From Anthoceros angustus (lineage: Eukaryota; Plantae; Anthocerotophyta): a stretch of 64,000 nt of DNA. The stretch covers positions 248,001 to 312,000 of the forward strand of contig MU008157.1 of assembly GCA_010909165.1 (NCBI GenBank), given 5' to 3'. Both the position numbers and the translations under genes were made by a program. Under the pieces are notes generated by a model. It ran no database searches and was not told the origin of the DNA. It saw only the letters and a list, made by a program, of their open reading frames with translations. Each line of letters begins with the position of its first letter. Within the stretch, counting starts at the first letter, position 1. This document shows, piece after piece, positions 1-12,209 of the stretch.

Positions 1-108
1 GGTGAGGATAGGAGCGCAGTGGTAGGGTGTGCTGCGTGGTGTGGCGCGAGCCCCGGTGAGGATAGGAGCGCAGTGGTAGGGTCTGCTGCGTGGCGTGGCG
101 CGAGCCCC
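1..108. repeat. 54-bp tandem duplication (2 copies)
   Basis: GGTGAGGATAGGAGCGCAGTGGTAGGGT.TGCTGCGTGG.GTGGCGCGAGCCCC at 1-54 and 55-108. Confidence 0.85.
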
Positions 109-670
109 GCGGGCCTCCAAGTACATGGCGTAGAGCTGGGGGCTCCCCTTCCCCCCTCTCGTCGCGAGGTTCGGCCGGGTCAGTCGTGGCGCAGCCCGAG
201 CAAGGTGGGGCGCGGTCGTGGCACAGCCTAGGCAAGGTGGGGCACAGTCCGGCAGAGGTACGGCGGGTCCCCCTCATGGTGGGGCCGGGATTTGGTGCCG
301 AGCTTTGCGGGTAGGGGGCACGACAGGTAGGGGTGCGGCAAGTTGGGGGCACGGCGCGTGGGGTGGCGTGGCAGGGCCGGATTTCGGGGCCGGTGGGGCC
401 CGTGGTGAGATGGCTTCAGTTGGGGTTTTCTGACGGTAGTCGTCTAGGTTTAGGGTCTGTGGCGTGTGCCCTAGGTTTAGGGTTTTGGTGGCGCTTTAGG
501 GTTTTCAAAGTGGGTGGAGGGTACATGGGGCCCAACTTTTTGTGGTACTCGCCATACGGAGCGTACACTTTGTATGTCTAGTAAATGTCAAGGACGTTTT
601 GTCCTTAGCACCTGGTGCCCCGTCGACCTTGACACCTTCGGGCAGTCCCTGATAGGTTGTTTCCTAAATT

Positions 671-943
671 GTGTCATTCTCGCTTGTTCCTGCCCTCTCC
701 CCTATGGTGCAGTCCACTCCTTCAGTGGCAGTCACGGACACCCCCTGTCCTGCCTGCGCTCAGCTGTGCTATGGGGTCACGGGGGTGAAATATCACATTG
801 GGCACAAACACAAGAACTTCGACCGAACCACCTGGGAGGCTCATGTGAGGTTTGCCTCTTTCAATGGGGCTATACATCTAGCTCCGAATTTGGATGCTCC
901 CCTGGGCCCGCCCTCAGAGTCCTCGCAATGGTTGCGAATGTAA
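671..943 (+). pseudogene. ORF fragment with one C2H2 zinc finger, possibly the N-terminal relic of an RLE-type non-LTR retrotransposon
   Basis: CPAC-x12-H-x4-H (CPACAQLCYGVTGVKYHIGHKH) in ORF 671..943; origin inferred. Confidence 0.4.
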
Positions 944-1107
944 TTGGATCATCTGCTCACCCTGTTCAAAGCACACTTTCCGAGACTCCCGCCTTTTTTG
1001 ACGTTCCCGAGGCGCCTGCATGACGACATTCGCCTTGCCTACCGGCTTCCTTTGGATTGCCTTGCGTTGGACCCTTGGGATGAGGCAGGTTGTTCCTTCC
1101 TCAACTT

Positions 1108-1368
1108 AAGCCTACACCTTTGTTTAGTGATAGCCAGCGTGCCATTGCACTTGCAAGAAATCCTGTTTTTCACTCTAGAACAAAACATATAGCTGTTGAG
1201 TATCATTATATAAGAAAAAAATTAGAGGATAAAACTATTGATATTAGTTATGTTCAGACTTTAGATAATGCTGCCGATTTATTAACAAAGTCATTGGGAA
1301 TTGAGTTACATAGGAAACACATGAAACGTTTAGGTATTATGGACACACAGTCCAAACCTTTAGCCTAA
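1108..1368 (+). mobile_element. Ty1/Copia pol fragment, RNase H C-terminus
   Basis: PTPLFSDSQRAIALARNPVFHSRTKHIAVEYHYIR...NAADLLTKSL is the Copia RNase H signature. Confidence 0.92.
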
Positions 1369-2293
1369 TACTCACCCTAGCAACCTTAGGGCCGATTTAA
1401 GATAACCTCAAAATCTCAGCTCAAAATTATAATCTTACTATTTTTATGAACATATTTCCTCTTCTATCTTAAAATAACTTAGGTCGTCTCTGCCTTATTC
1501 TTCATAGACTTCCAAAATAGATCCTGGAATATTTATATAAAAATAATATTTAACCAGGATAATTTATGTAATCAAAACATTAAATTCCCTTAGCACTAGA
1601 GGCACCTACGGAAAACATGTTTGATATGTCTTGGGAATTCCTCACATGGGAGACTTGCTATTTTTATCATGTGTATAGGAGTTTTTCTCACATATGTAGG
1701 AGTCCGGGACATCTCCCTTTTCACTTAAACCTAAGGTGAGTATGTATACTTTATTTTCCTGGTCACCTCTTGGTAGCAGCCCGGGCTTGTACTAGCCCAT
1801 GTCTTTATCTTTAATGCACTTAGGGAAACAAAATGTGTTTATAGTCGCATCAATTGCAGAGACTTTATGCTAGGTTATTATCCTAAAATCAACATAGAAA
1901 TTAGGATATGTAAATATTGAATAACACTTAATAAATACATTCCACCTTTTTCCTTCCTTGCCTGTTCTTCTTTACCGTATCCTCCTCATGTCGTCTCCAC
2001 CCATCTGCCTTCAGATGTCAACCACACAAGTGTCAACACACCTTTTTAGGCTAGCTTCCCCTTAGAAATTCAATGCAAGCTCTTTTGCAAGTCAAGCTAC
2101 TTTCAACAACAATTTGAGCAGACTGCTTCACTTGGCTTTCAAGGAAGCAGGGAGCAACATCGACTACAGGGGGCACGACCTCCTTCTTGAGGACTGTGGA
2201 CCACGGACTCTCCCCGGGGGTAGGAAATGAGTTAGGTTTTGTTTTTTTTCGTAGGTGCGGAGTAGAAAATAAGGTGAAAAGGAACAAATAAGC

Positions 2294-2426
2294 CCGGAGT
2301 ACTCCGGACTGCACTCCGGAGTAGGTTGAAGGACTCCGGAGTAGGCTGAAGGACTCCGGAGCACACTCCGGAGAAGCTCCGGACCACACACCGGAGTATC
2401 GGGATAAGTCCGGACCACACTCCGGG
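2294..2426. repeat. TCCGGA-core short repeat cluster in LTR copy A (similar clusters at ~9832-9962 and ~46965-47222)
   Basis: About seven exact TCCGGA plus near matches, often in ACTCCGGAG context. Confidence 0.85.
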
Positions 2427-2490
2427 GCAGGACGGGATAAGTACGCCAAGTAAAGTAACTTAGAAGTTGGAGCGTGTTTTAGACAGACGA

Positions 2491-5400
2491 CTGCCTAAAA
2501 CACGCCCAACTTTCTCGCAATACAATTGCTTCTTTTTTATCATCTCGCTTGTCTTTACGCACCTTCACCATTTCGAACGGGTGGCAACTATCATGTCAGC
2601 GATACCGAGTTGGCACACCACGCTCTAATCCATCGCTTGATATAGACCAGGCGTTTTGGTTCCCCGCCATAATATAAAGCCCTTACCAGATTCTCCGCTT
2701 CCACGGTCCAACCCCATACAAGATCGGTGTAGTCCTCTTGCAAGGGCTCCCATGTCGACACGCACTTGAGAACATAGAACAAAACTTTCTCCTTGTTATT
2801 TGGAAGTGCAAGAACCATGAAGTTATCCCCACATCCGATGTCGCATCATGTTCTACACCGGAGGGCATCGCAAATCCTCCACGCCACAACCTTCTTTTTC
2901 CACGCCTCCCTTAGCGTGCTTTGAGAGTGGCTTCCGTTTCAATGGTCCAGCCTTCGCCTCGCACACCCATGGATTATGCCTTGTCGACCGTCCACACCGT
3001 GGCATAACCAGCTGGTCTCCCTCCTCGAGCTTGGTGCACCACCAACTTCTCCTTCTCAATGGCGGGTCATGGCAAAGTGCCATTAGTGCACAGAAGTGAC
3101 CACTGCCGAGTGTCCACCGGCACACATATCCCCATGTCCACTGGCTGCACTTCACAACATCTGGCTCGTGCATCCACATGTGGCCTAGGGCTGCAACATC
3201 CGCTTGAATAACTCCCATCTCATGGCAGAGTGCCATGGGTACTTCGTGTTTTTCTCCTTCACAACTACACAATGCGCACTTTCGAGGTGTCAAATTCCAC
3301 ATCCGTAGGGCTTCCCTTCAAGCTCCACTCTGCCGCACAATCAATAAGACAAAACCCTCCGTTGGAGTGAAAGGCTTCGTTAACCAGTCTGGCAATGGCT
3401 CCTGTGCATGTTGATCTGCCTCAGCCATTGTGCACAAACCTGGTGGAAGAGCAGGTTCTTCAACCAAGTTGTTCTCACTTGTTGCTCCTAGAGTTGGGGC
3501 TGCCACAACACATGTTGCCACATAAGGTGCATTATCTTCAACTACTGGTGGTGGCAGGATGCTCCTGTCCACGTAGTCATTGTCAAGAGGGTTTGCCAAC
3601 AATTGTGTGACACTGCACCCAGTAGTTCTGACATCATCCAGTGGACCAGCATTGTTCCCCATTGGAACGACAAGGTCGTGTGTAAAACATATTTTGCATT
3701 TCCATCCGGCGTGGGTGGTGTTCGGCTCCTTGGAATAGGTAGTCACGAGCATGTGGTGGCGCGTGTTGACATGGGTATCTTCAAGTGTAACGATGGGAGA
3801 CAACAAGCCTGCTATATGTGCCTACAATAACAGTGCAAGCAACACTCCTGAGAAGGATAAACAGACACAAAAAAAAAAGGGTCCAAGGTTCAATGCGTAG
3901 TTGACCTGGTGACTCTAGCATGTTCTTCCTGTTCACAGGCTGGTTCTCACTTTGTCGTGGCAATGGAGTGTTTCCCAACCCTCTGGCAAAATGTGCATCC
4001 ATGCTTTCGTAGTCCCTGAGAAGTTCAATGTATTCCGCTGTCCAGTCCTCTTCTTCATCTATATGCCATGAGTCATTGGGCATGGTACTTATAAAAGGCC
4101 ACCCTCTTGATTTAATCCACCTTGGGTGCACATCAAGGTTGCACCCCGTGAGGGCGGTGACACGGAGGCCCGTAACGCTTGGAACAAACAAGCATCGTGG
4201 AAGCAATGCCCGCATGGCAAGAAGACCGCCATTACATGAGAACCACCGTACAAACGCAACACCGTAATTCGCAGGGCGGCAGAAGACTTGAGTGGCTAGG
4301 GAATCCATCGTGGAATTGAGCCATCCATCTTCCTCATTGCATGTATGCGTTGAGCATCGTCGCCTCCTTGCCGATTGACATCGTTGTTCAAGCTCTTGGT
4401 TTTTCCCTATTGGCTGTGAGGGCAGCTCGCGGCCCGTAATAGCCCTGGGCTCAACGCGTTAACAGTGCTACTTTCACTCGTGAACCGAAATTACCTTGTA
4501 GGTTAGACCTCGCGGAAGGCAACAAGGCAGGTCGGAAAGTCAAGAGGTGAGCAAACTGCTCGTTTTGCTTGGTCGCCATCCGGCCAGCACAACAAGCTCA
4601 GCACAAAGAAGCTTCAAGTTAGTCAACTTGGAATGCTCCTCCGGTGCCTTTCATTGGGTGGAGAGATTGGACCTTGGTCTCGTGACACTCATCGCCTCCC
4701 AATTTGGCAAATCCAATGCATCCGGAAGCAAGGAGGGAAATTAAAACCGTGATGCACATCGGTGATCACGTGACCAAGAACTCATGGGAGGTGACCACCC
4801 GGATAGTACCACCGTCACGGGCCATGAGTGGTGACCGACCACCGGCTTTAATGCCGTGATCGTATGGCACCTCACCACCGACTTCACGAGATGATGGTCA
4901 CCACCACATATGCCCAAGCACACACAAGCAAAATCAAAACTCAAGCATTGATGAATCCACATTGTGACCATGTGAATCGGGTCGTGTCAAGACCACCACC
5001 AGTGCCCATATGATGGCCAAATCCATGCACAATCAGCATTGCAAAACCCTCCGTTGGAGTGAAAGGCGTTAACGATTCGGCAATGGCTCCTGTGCATGTT
5101 GATCTGCCCTCATTATGCACAAACGGTGGAAGAGCGGGTTCTTCAACCAAGTTGTTCTCACTTGTTGCTCCTAGAGTTGGCCACACACATGTTGCCACAT
5201 AAGGTGCATTATCTTCAACTCGGTGGTGGCGGGATGCTCCGTCCATAGTCAGTCGAGAGGGTTTGCCAACAATTGTGTGACATCGCACCCCGTAGTTCTG
5301 ACATCATCCAGTGGACCAGCATTGTTCCCCATTGGAACGACAAGGTCAGGTGTGTGTAAAACATATTTTTGCATTTCCATCCAGGGGTGTACGGGTGGTG

Positions 5401-8290
5401 TTCGGCTCACTGGAATAGGTAGTCGCTGAGCATGTGGTGGCGTTGCAGTGACATGGGTATCTTCAAGTGTAACAGCAGCAGGAGACAGTGGGGCAAGCCT
5501 GCTATATGTGCCTACAATAACAGTGCAAGCAACACTCCTGAGAAGGATAAACAGACACAAAAAAAAAAGGGTCCAAGGTTCAATGCGTAGTTGACTGTGA
5601 CTCTAGCATGTTCTTCCTGTGCGGGTTCTCACTTTTATCGTGGCAATGGAGTGTTTCCCAACCCTCCGCAAAAGCGTGCATCCATGCTTTAGCTGATCCA
5701 GAAGTTCAATGTATTCCATCCTCCTCTTCTTCATCTATATGCCATGAGTCATTGGGCATGGTACTTATAAAAGGCCACCCTCTTGATTTAATCCATCTTG
5801 GGTGCACATCAAGGTTGCACCCCGTGAGGGCGGTGACACGGAGGCCCGTAACGCTTGGAACAAACAAGCATCGTGGAAGCAATGCCGCATGGCAAGAAGA
5901 CACCTTACATGAGAACCATCTGGTACAAATGCAACACCGTGTAACTGCGGTAGCGCGGCGCAAGACTTGGCTAGGAGCTGGAATCCAGCACGTGGAATTG
6001 AGCCATCCATCTTCCTCATTGCATGTATGCGTTTAGCATCGGTGACTCCTTGCCGATTGACATCGTTCAAGCTCTTGGTTTTTCCCTATTGGCTGTGAGG
6101 GCAGCTTCGCGGCCCGTAATAGCGATGCAGGCTCTAACGACTGCTGTAGCCGTGAACCGAAATTACCTTGTAGGTTAGACCTCGCGGAAGGCAACAAGGC
6201 GGTCTTTGGAAAGTCAAGTGGCGAAACAAACCTCGTTCTTTGCTTGGTCGCCATCCGGTTGTGCACAAATAAGCTCCACAAGCTTGGTTAGTCAACTTGG
6301 AATGCTCCTCCGGTGCCTTTGTGGGTGAGATTGGAGATTGGACCTGGTCTCATAATCCCAATTTGGAAAATCCAATGCATCCGGAAGCAAGGAGGGAAAT
6401 TAAAACCGTGATGGTGCACATCGGTGATCACGTGACCAAGAACTCATGGGAGGTGACCACCCGGATAGTACCACTGGTCACGGGCCATGGCCGCCGACCA
6501 CCGGCTTTAATGCGGTGATCGTGGTATGAGTGGGCACCACCACCTCGACTTCACAGATGATGGTCAGGTGACCACATATGCCCAAGCACACACAAGCAAA
6601 ATCGACGGTCAAGCATTGATGAATCCACATTGTGACCAGAATGGTAGGCGTGTCAAGACCACCACCAGGTCTATGGGAACCCCATATATCATGCAGAATC
6701 CACAACAAGGTAGGCAAACGCGTAGGCGGTGATATAACCAGCGTTCAACGCTTAGCCTTCGTGACGCCTATAATAGGATCCAAACATTCGTGCACACCAT
6801 GTAGCAAGACACGCCGATGGAAAAACAAATGAAACTCATCTGCTCGCAGCTGAAGGGTCGAATTGGAAGCCTGCCTCAGCAATGTGCCCGCATCACCCAC
6901 AACCCACAACACTCACAACCACTGCACCAAATTAGCATGGTCCCGAGGATTCCAATAAAACCCGAGTCTGCAGAACTCTAAAATCAGCAGGAGAACAAAA
7001 CATCAGCAAGTAAGTCACACCAAGCCAGATGGAAGCATGAACAAAACTACCAGACGCAAAGATGCCCAACCTTTCCCCACCCGACGTCAGATCAAACCCA
7101 CAACGACGACACATCTACCTTCCGTGACCGAAAACATGGCAAATCAACCATGGCTTAAAGCGGCGCCATGGACAAGATGATGACCTTTCTCCACGCTTGG
7201 CACCTCAAAGATCATCCACGGTGGCATCACTATACCCTCCGCCTCCCATCCCGCCTCCTCCCGAACATCCCTAGCAACCTCGGGCTTGGTGTGCTTCGGC
7301 CTGCGACCTAGTCAAGGGCCCCGGAGCCACCATGTGTGCACGGGTTAGCTGCCCTGCTCTCCCCTTCTTCCCTACCTTCTCTTCCACAAGTGCCACCTTT
7401 CCGCTTTTGCTTGTTTGCTTGCTTGTTGGCCTTCCTTCCTAGAACCACCGCTTTATAGGCTTTCCACCATGCCCTTCCAGGATCTTCCACAAGAAACCCA
7501 AAGCCATACATCGGGGAATCTTTTGGCCCGTGTTCGTGTGGCACGTTTCCCATATACGGCAAACACAATGTCGTCCAAACTTTGCCAATCCTCCTTGACA
7601 CCAAGTCGGTGGCTTCAAAGTCAGTAGCCCTTGCGGTTGCGAGGCACGCCAAAGTGATTTGTCACAACGTCCTTCCCACCAATGCGCCTCCTTCGTGCCT
7701 TGACCAACTTGTCATCCCTAACATTCAATCCAACCTTTCGAAGATGATTATCACCATCATGCCACCTCCAGGGTCCATCCAACACCGGAGCTTCTTCCAA
7801 GGCTGCCGTCACACGGTCGAATCTCTTGGTTGCTGAGAGGTTAGCACGTTTCGAATTTCGTGCGACATTGTAAGCGGTTGCCATAGGAAGACGTGAGACA
7901 AGCCTACTACAGGAAAGCTTGGGGCAGCGTGGAGATGGTGGGTGCAAACAGAGGGAGAGGAGAGCATAAATGGAACAAGGGAGATGGCCTCTGCACGGTC
8001 GAGCGTAGAGATGAGAGGAAAGATGGCGTCGCGAAAGTAGAGGGAGATTCACGTTTCCCTTCAAATGATGAATTAATGAGGTGTACGGAAGTCAACCATA
8101 ATCTAATATAGATATATTTACCCTTTTAAACTACCTTTTAGCTTCCATAGGTTAAACAATAATATAAATACACACGTAAATTATAGGACAAAAATATAAT
8201 ATTCAAAACTTGAGCACTGATCATTTTATTACTCTATAATAGTAACCAAGTGTTAATGACTCTTTGGTCCCAAAGTGTGGCACCAAACCA
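2491..8290 (-). mobile_element. Unclassified ~5.8-kb insertion with degenerate, spliced minus-strand ORFs
   Basis: Interrupts LTR A, whose sister copy is contiguous at ~10025; TGCCT at 2492-2496 and 8291-8295; minus-strand GT..AG intron near 3850-3905; terminal ORF reads DVGDNFMVLALPNNKEKVLFYVLKC...WG across a frameshift. Confidence 0.55.
3340..6670. repeat. ~1.7-kb tandem duplication inside the insertion
   Basis: AAAACCCTCCGTTGGAGTGAAAGGC at ~3351 and ~5043; GTGTCAAGACCACCACCA at ~4984 and ~6650; the copies differ mostly by small indels. Confidence 0.9.
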
Positions 8291-8869
8291 TGCCTCCACG
8301 CCACGGCATCTTGAGTGGTGACGGGCATGCACGGACAGGACAGAGGTTGCGGGTCCGTTATAGGCAGGTATTCACGCTCCGAGTACAGTTCGGCGGCGTA
8401 AGGTTAGAGTACGCGGCGGCGTAAGGCCAGAGTAAGCGGAAGCGTAAGGCGGGAGTAGGCCATGCAGACCTCTGACAGTTACGGGCAGCGAAGGGACACC
8501 CTCCCGCTCCGCGACTACTCCCGACGTCGCGGCCTGGAGGGTAGACCATTTCTCTTTGTGACCTCGCGACGATTTTCGCAGTCTCTCGCGCTCCGTCACC
8601 CAGCTCTTTGGTGCTGGCACCCGGCTGGGCACTTTGCGCAGCTCACCTTCGTGGTTGGATGACAAACGCAGTAAGAGGGAGCGGCCAACAATCGCCATGC
8701 CAGCAGAGCAAGAAGGACGCGCCATGGGACCCAAGAAGCGTGAGGTATGGGAGCCCTGGCGCTTGGTGGAGCGCAACATTGTCACCAGGAGATACCCCGA
8801 CTTCGGACCCTGGTTGGAGGAAGCAGAAGACTTGGTGGAGAAATGGCACCTAGACATCTTCAGCGCAAT

Positions 8870-9100
8870 TTGGATGTACGACGTCAATCGCATGACCCAG
8901 ATGTGATAGTCGTTGCCATTGAAACGGTCCTTGTCCTTGAACTCGATCTTCAAGGAGCCTGGGTTGACCGCCATAGCTTGTACTGGATTGTTGATAGGAG
9001 GTACTGGTGGAATTGGATTCCCCTGAAATGGTATGAAATTCTTCCAGTTGTGTTCGAAGGGTTCCCGACTCAATGATAGGTTGTTCGCCGTGCCGACAAG
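8870..9100 (-). mobile_element. Copia gag N-terminal fragment
   Basis: MAVNPGSLKIEFKDKDRFNGNDYHIWVMRL matches the Copia gag F.G.NY..W motif. Confidence 0.6.
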
Positions 9101-9189
9101 GTTGCTTCTTTGGACCAGCAGTTGCGTGGCGTGGGGAAGGGATTCCTGTGGCACACTCTTGTCCAAAGTTGAAGACGGAGTCGGTCCTG

Positions 9190-9731
9190 CGAGATCAGGA
9201 GGATGATTTTCCAGACGAGGAATTGGTGGCCACGGTGGACGGGCAAGACGAGGAGCGCAGTCAGAGGAACCCCAAACTTGTGAACAACATACCCGGTGAA
9301 GGCGGAGAAGGGCAGGGGCAGTCCCCTATGCCTGGGCAGTGACGTGTGGGAGATGGAGATCCCAACCGGGTTAACCCGTGCCCAGCAACAGGCCTTTGTA
9401 CACTATGCTCGTCCTTTCAGGATGTACAACGGATGTGTCTTCAAGGTGGGACGGACGGTAGCGGAGGAATTGAGGTACTCCAAAGAAAGTGAAAGCGGAG
9501 GTAATAAAGGGGATGCATGAAGGACTAGGTGGTGGATATTATGCGGCGCAAGTCACCACCAAGAAAATCTTGGAGGTAGGATACTGGTGGCCCACTATGT
9601 ATGGGGAAACGCACCAGTTTGTGAAACGATGTGATGCTTGTCAGCGGATCAGGAAGCCTACCCCAACAACCCAATGGCCGCTGGTGCCCATACTGGCGCT
9701 AGCACCGTTCGAAACATGGGGCATCGACTTC
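9190..9731 (+). mobile_element. Gypsy pol fragment (end of RNase H plus integrase zinc-binding region), cut by LTR copy B
   Basis: DDFPDE; MHEGLGGG...KILEVGYWWPTMY...CDACQR...PFETWGIDF, after which the sequence switches to TGTGGAC at 9732. Confidence 0.88.
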
Positions 9732-10386
9732 TGTGGACAACGGACTCTCCTTGGGGTTAGGAAATAAGCTGGGTTTGTTTTTTTTCGTAGGTATGGAGTG
9801 TAAAATAAGGCGGAAAGGGAGAAACAAGCACGGACTGTACTCCGGACTGTACTCCGGACTGCACTCCGGACTCCGGGGTAGGTGAAAGGACCCTGGAGCA
9901 CACTCCGAAGGACCTCCGGACCACGCACCGGAGTATCGGGATAAGTCCGGACCCCACTCCGGGTCAGAACGGGATAAGTATCCCAAGTAAAGTAACTTAG
10001 AAGTTGGAGCGTGATTTAGACAGGCGAAGCCACGTGGACGGTGTAGAGTGGTGAACGGGCATTCAGCAAGCCAGGACCGTAGGGTTGCCAGTGGCCGTTA
10101 TAGGTAGGTATTCACGCCCGGCACAGCTGCAATGCAGGCTAGAGTACGTGGCAACAGAAGGCTGCAGGCGGCAGCCAGAAGGCGAGTGGCGCAGAGCCTC
10201 ATGACGGGCGCGAAGAGCCGCCTCCGCTGACGGTTATTCTCAACGAAGAGAAGCGAGACGGAGGTCATTCTTTCAAACAACCTCGCGACGATTTTCACAC
10301 TCTCTGGCGCTCAGACACCCGGCTCTCTGGCGTTGTCTTTTCGAGCGCTCGGGCACCCTTCCGCGTGGCTCGACTCGGTGGGCAAA

Positions 10387-10422
10387 GCGACTAACACCAT
10401 AAATTTTGAAGGGGGGGAATAT
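10387..10422 (+). repeat. Left TIR of the Sola1-like element
   Basis: GCGACTAACACCATAAATTTTGAAGGGGGGGAATAT. Confidence 0.85.
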
Positions 10423-11154
10423 ACAAACCCCCTTCAAGGAAAAAATAACCCCTTTGACGGAAAAGACACCATCCTCAAATTGCGGAAAACGGCTGGTTTC
10501 AGAATACAGACACCATCCGTGTATGCATATCCATAGCGGAAAACCAAACTAAACAGGACATCCCCCACACGAACCCCACATGCCGCCGGCCGGCCGGCGC
10601 CACTGCTTACTACAAACAAAGCACAGTGTAACAACAAAATTTGAGAAAAGTCCCATTGTTAAATTTAAAAGGGTTCGGAAACATCCGGAACATGCAGGTG
10701 TTCTCGTAGTAGCAAAACTAGCAAAACTAAACACCTACACCCGCTAACTGCATAGGGAGAATTTGCTAATCGCTCACTGTTTCTATCGTGAGGGCTTGTA
10801 TGAGTCCACCATTGCATCCACCGAATCGAATCTCTACAGTGCCAAATTCGCATGCGCCCATCTCCTGTAAGGCCAAAGCTATCATTCGCACCTAAAGCCT
10901 GGTCTTCATTGATATCATTTTGGGTGTCGCTTGTCGGGTCGATCGCCATACAAAGATCCAAAGTCCGTGTCCATCCTCCATAAGTTCGCCGGTTGTCGCT
11001 TTCAACCTCTTCGCACTCAATGCCACGACTTGGGCTTTCGCGCCTTTCTCACTAATACATACCTCTTTGCCAATCGAGATGGTCCTCGTGCGGCTCAAAA
11101 GTCAGCTCCCCTCAGACGGGCAAGACATCAACACCTGTATGCACAATGTAACTG

Positions 11155-11944
11155 CGCATCTCAAGTCCGCCTATTGCAATACGCCCGCCACAGAACGCAG
11201 CTAGTGTCGTAGTCCCACCGCTCGAGCATGCATCAATAACCCGCCTCCCTCCTTGGAGAATGTCCTCACGAGTTTCATCATAAGACCCAATGGTCTCGGT
11301 ATGGGCACACTACCAACTTGTCATGAGACAGTAAACTGTTTCTGACACGAGGGTGTCCAATAATGATCTTCCATTGTTGAAGGTCCCGTGCATCACATTT
11401 GGCATCATGGCTCGCCCTTCGAACATCCATCTTTCACACCCCATCCAACTGTAACGTATTCCATGCCTCAAATCCTCCTCTGCTGTTCATGTTAGTCTTA
11501 TCCCAAATGAATGACACCAAGCCGCCTTTGGCACACCACTTCGCATAGCCTCCCTTACCGTATGGGCTTCTTCAACACCATGCATGACGATAATTCGAAG
11601 TCGTCATTTTCCGCTTTCTCCGAAACTTTGAACACAAAGACCCATCATGGATAAATCCATTCGTTTGTCCATTGGCCCGATGTCAAATCCACGGGAACAT
11701 CCATGACAAGAAGGGTGTATTTCCTTCCCTCAAAACCCACGCATGTCCGTAACGCTGCGGGCTTCCACTGCATCGACCGCTTCACCGACGGAACATTGAA
11801 TACATGGAGTCCTTCTTCCAAGTCCTTGTCCGCCAAAGCCCGCTGCTCATTCTCTAAGCCCTTCCAATTATTGATCTCGAAAATAAAATGCCGGAAGTCG
11901 CCGCAGCTTTGTCAAGACCTCCACGCCCTTATGCCAAAAAACAA
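11155..11944 (-). pseudogene. Beta-class N4-cytosine/N6-adenine DNA methyltransferase domain (N6_N4_Mtase-like), frameshifted in this sequence
   Basis: Motifs in beta order on the minus strand: KYTLLVMDVP[x]G (motif IV, ~11690-11725; the Tyr is not readable), IIVMHG, FIWDKTN (11497-11511), EYVTVGW, CPY-RPLGLMMKLVRTFSKEGG (motif X) and VIDACSSGGTTTLAAFCGGRIAIG-LE (motif I, ~11160-11240). Confidence 0.82.
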
Positions 11945-12209
11945 CTGTTAGAATGCGGCCGCTCAAGCACCTCACAACTACAGCGCTGGAAGGGCGCGCC
12001 GGCGGCGCCAGCCCATGATCATCGGGGCGCCGGCCGGCGCCGCCAGCCCACCGTGATAGTGAGGGCGCCGGCCGGCGCCACCATCGCCTCCGCAGGGAGA
12101 CCAGGGGCGCGCCGGCCGGCGCCCCACCCATCGCAGCGGAGACCAGAGGGGCGCCGCCGGCCGGCGCCGCCGGCGCCGCCGGCCGGGCGCGCCGGCGGCG
12201 CCGCCCGTG

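Larger units (their letters stand above)
2195..8870 (+). mobile_element. Truncated Gypsy-type LTR copy A (2195-2490 plus ~8291-8870), split by a ~5.8-kb insertion
   Basis: Starts TGTGGAC; 2195-2490 aligns with 9732-10027; ~8296-8640 aligns with ~10030-10340; 8720-8870 aligns with ~20740-20870. Confidence 0.7.

Noticed and set aside
444-505. Three TTTAGGG motifs read as telomeric sequence
   Set aside because: They are isolated, non-tandem copies, common as telo-box or TE 5' motifs
3060-3085. GHGK peptide suggesting a Sola2-type catalytic motif
   Set aside because: It lies on the strand opposite the other ORFs and has no supporting neighbouring motifs
8372-9166. 264-aa minus-strand ORF read as a gene
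   Set aside because: It is a chimeric read-through of a Copia gag fragment into the antisense strand of LTR A
10380-10395. TSD or CACTA-type terminus for the 10.3-kb element
   Set aside because: No matching direct repeat was found at any plausible boundary, and the transposase motifs are not CACTA-type; the exact ends are uncertain by ~6 nt
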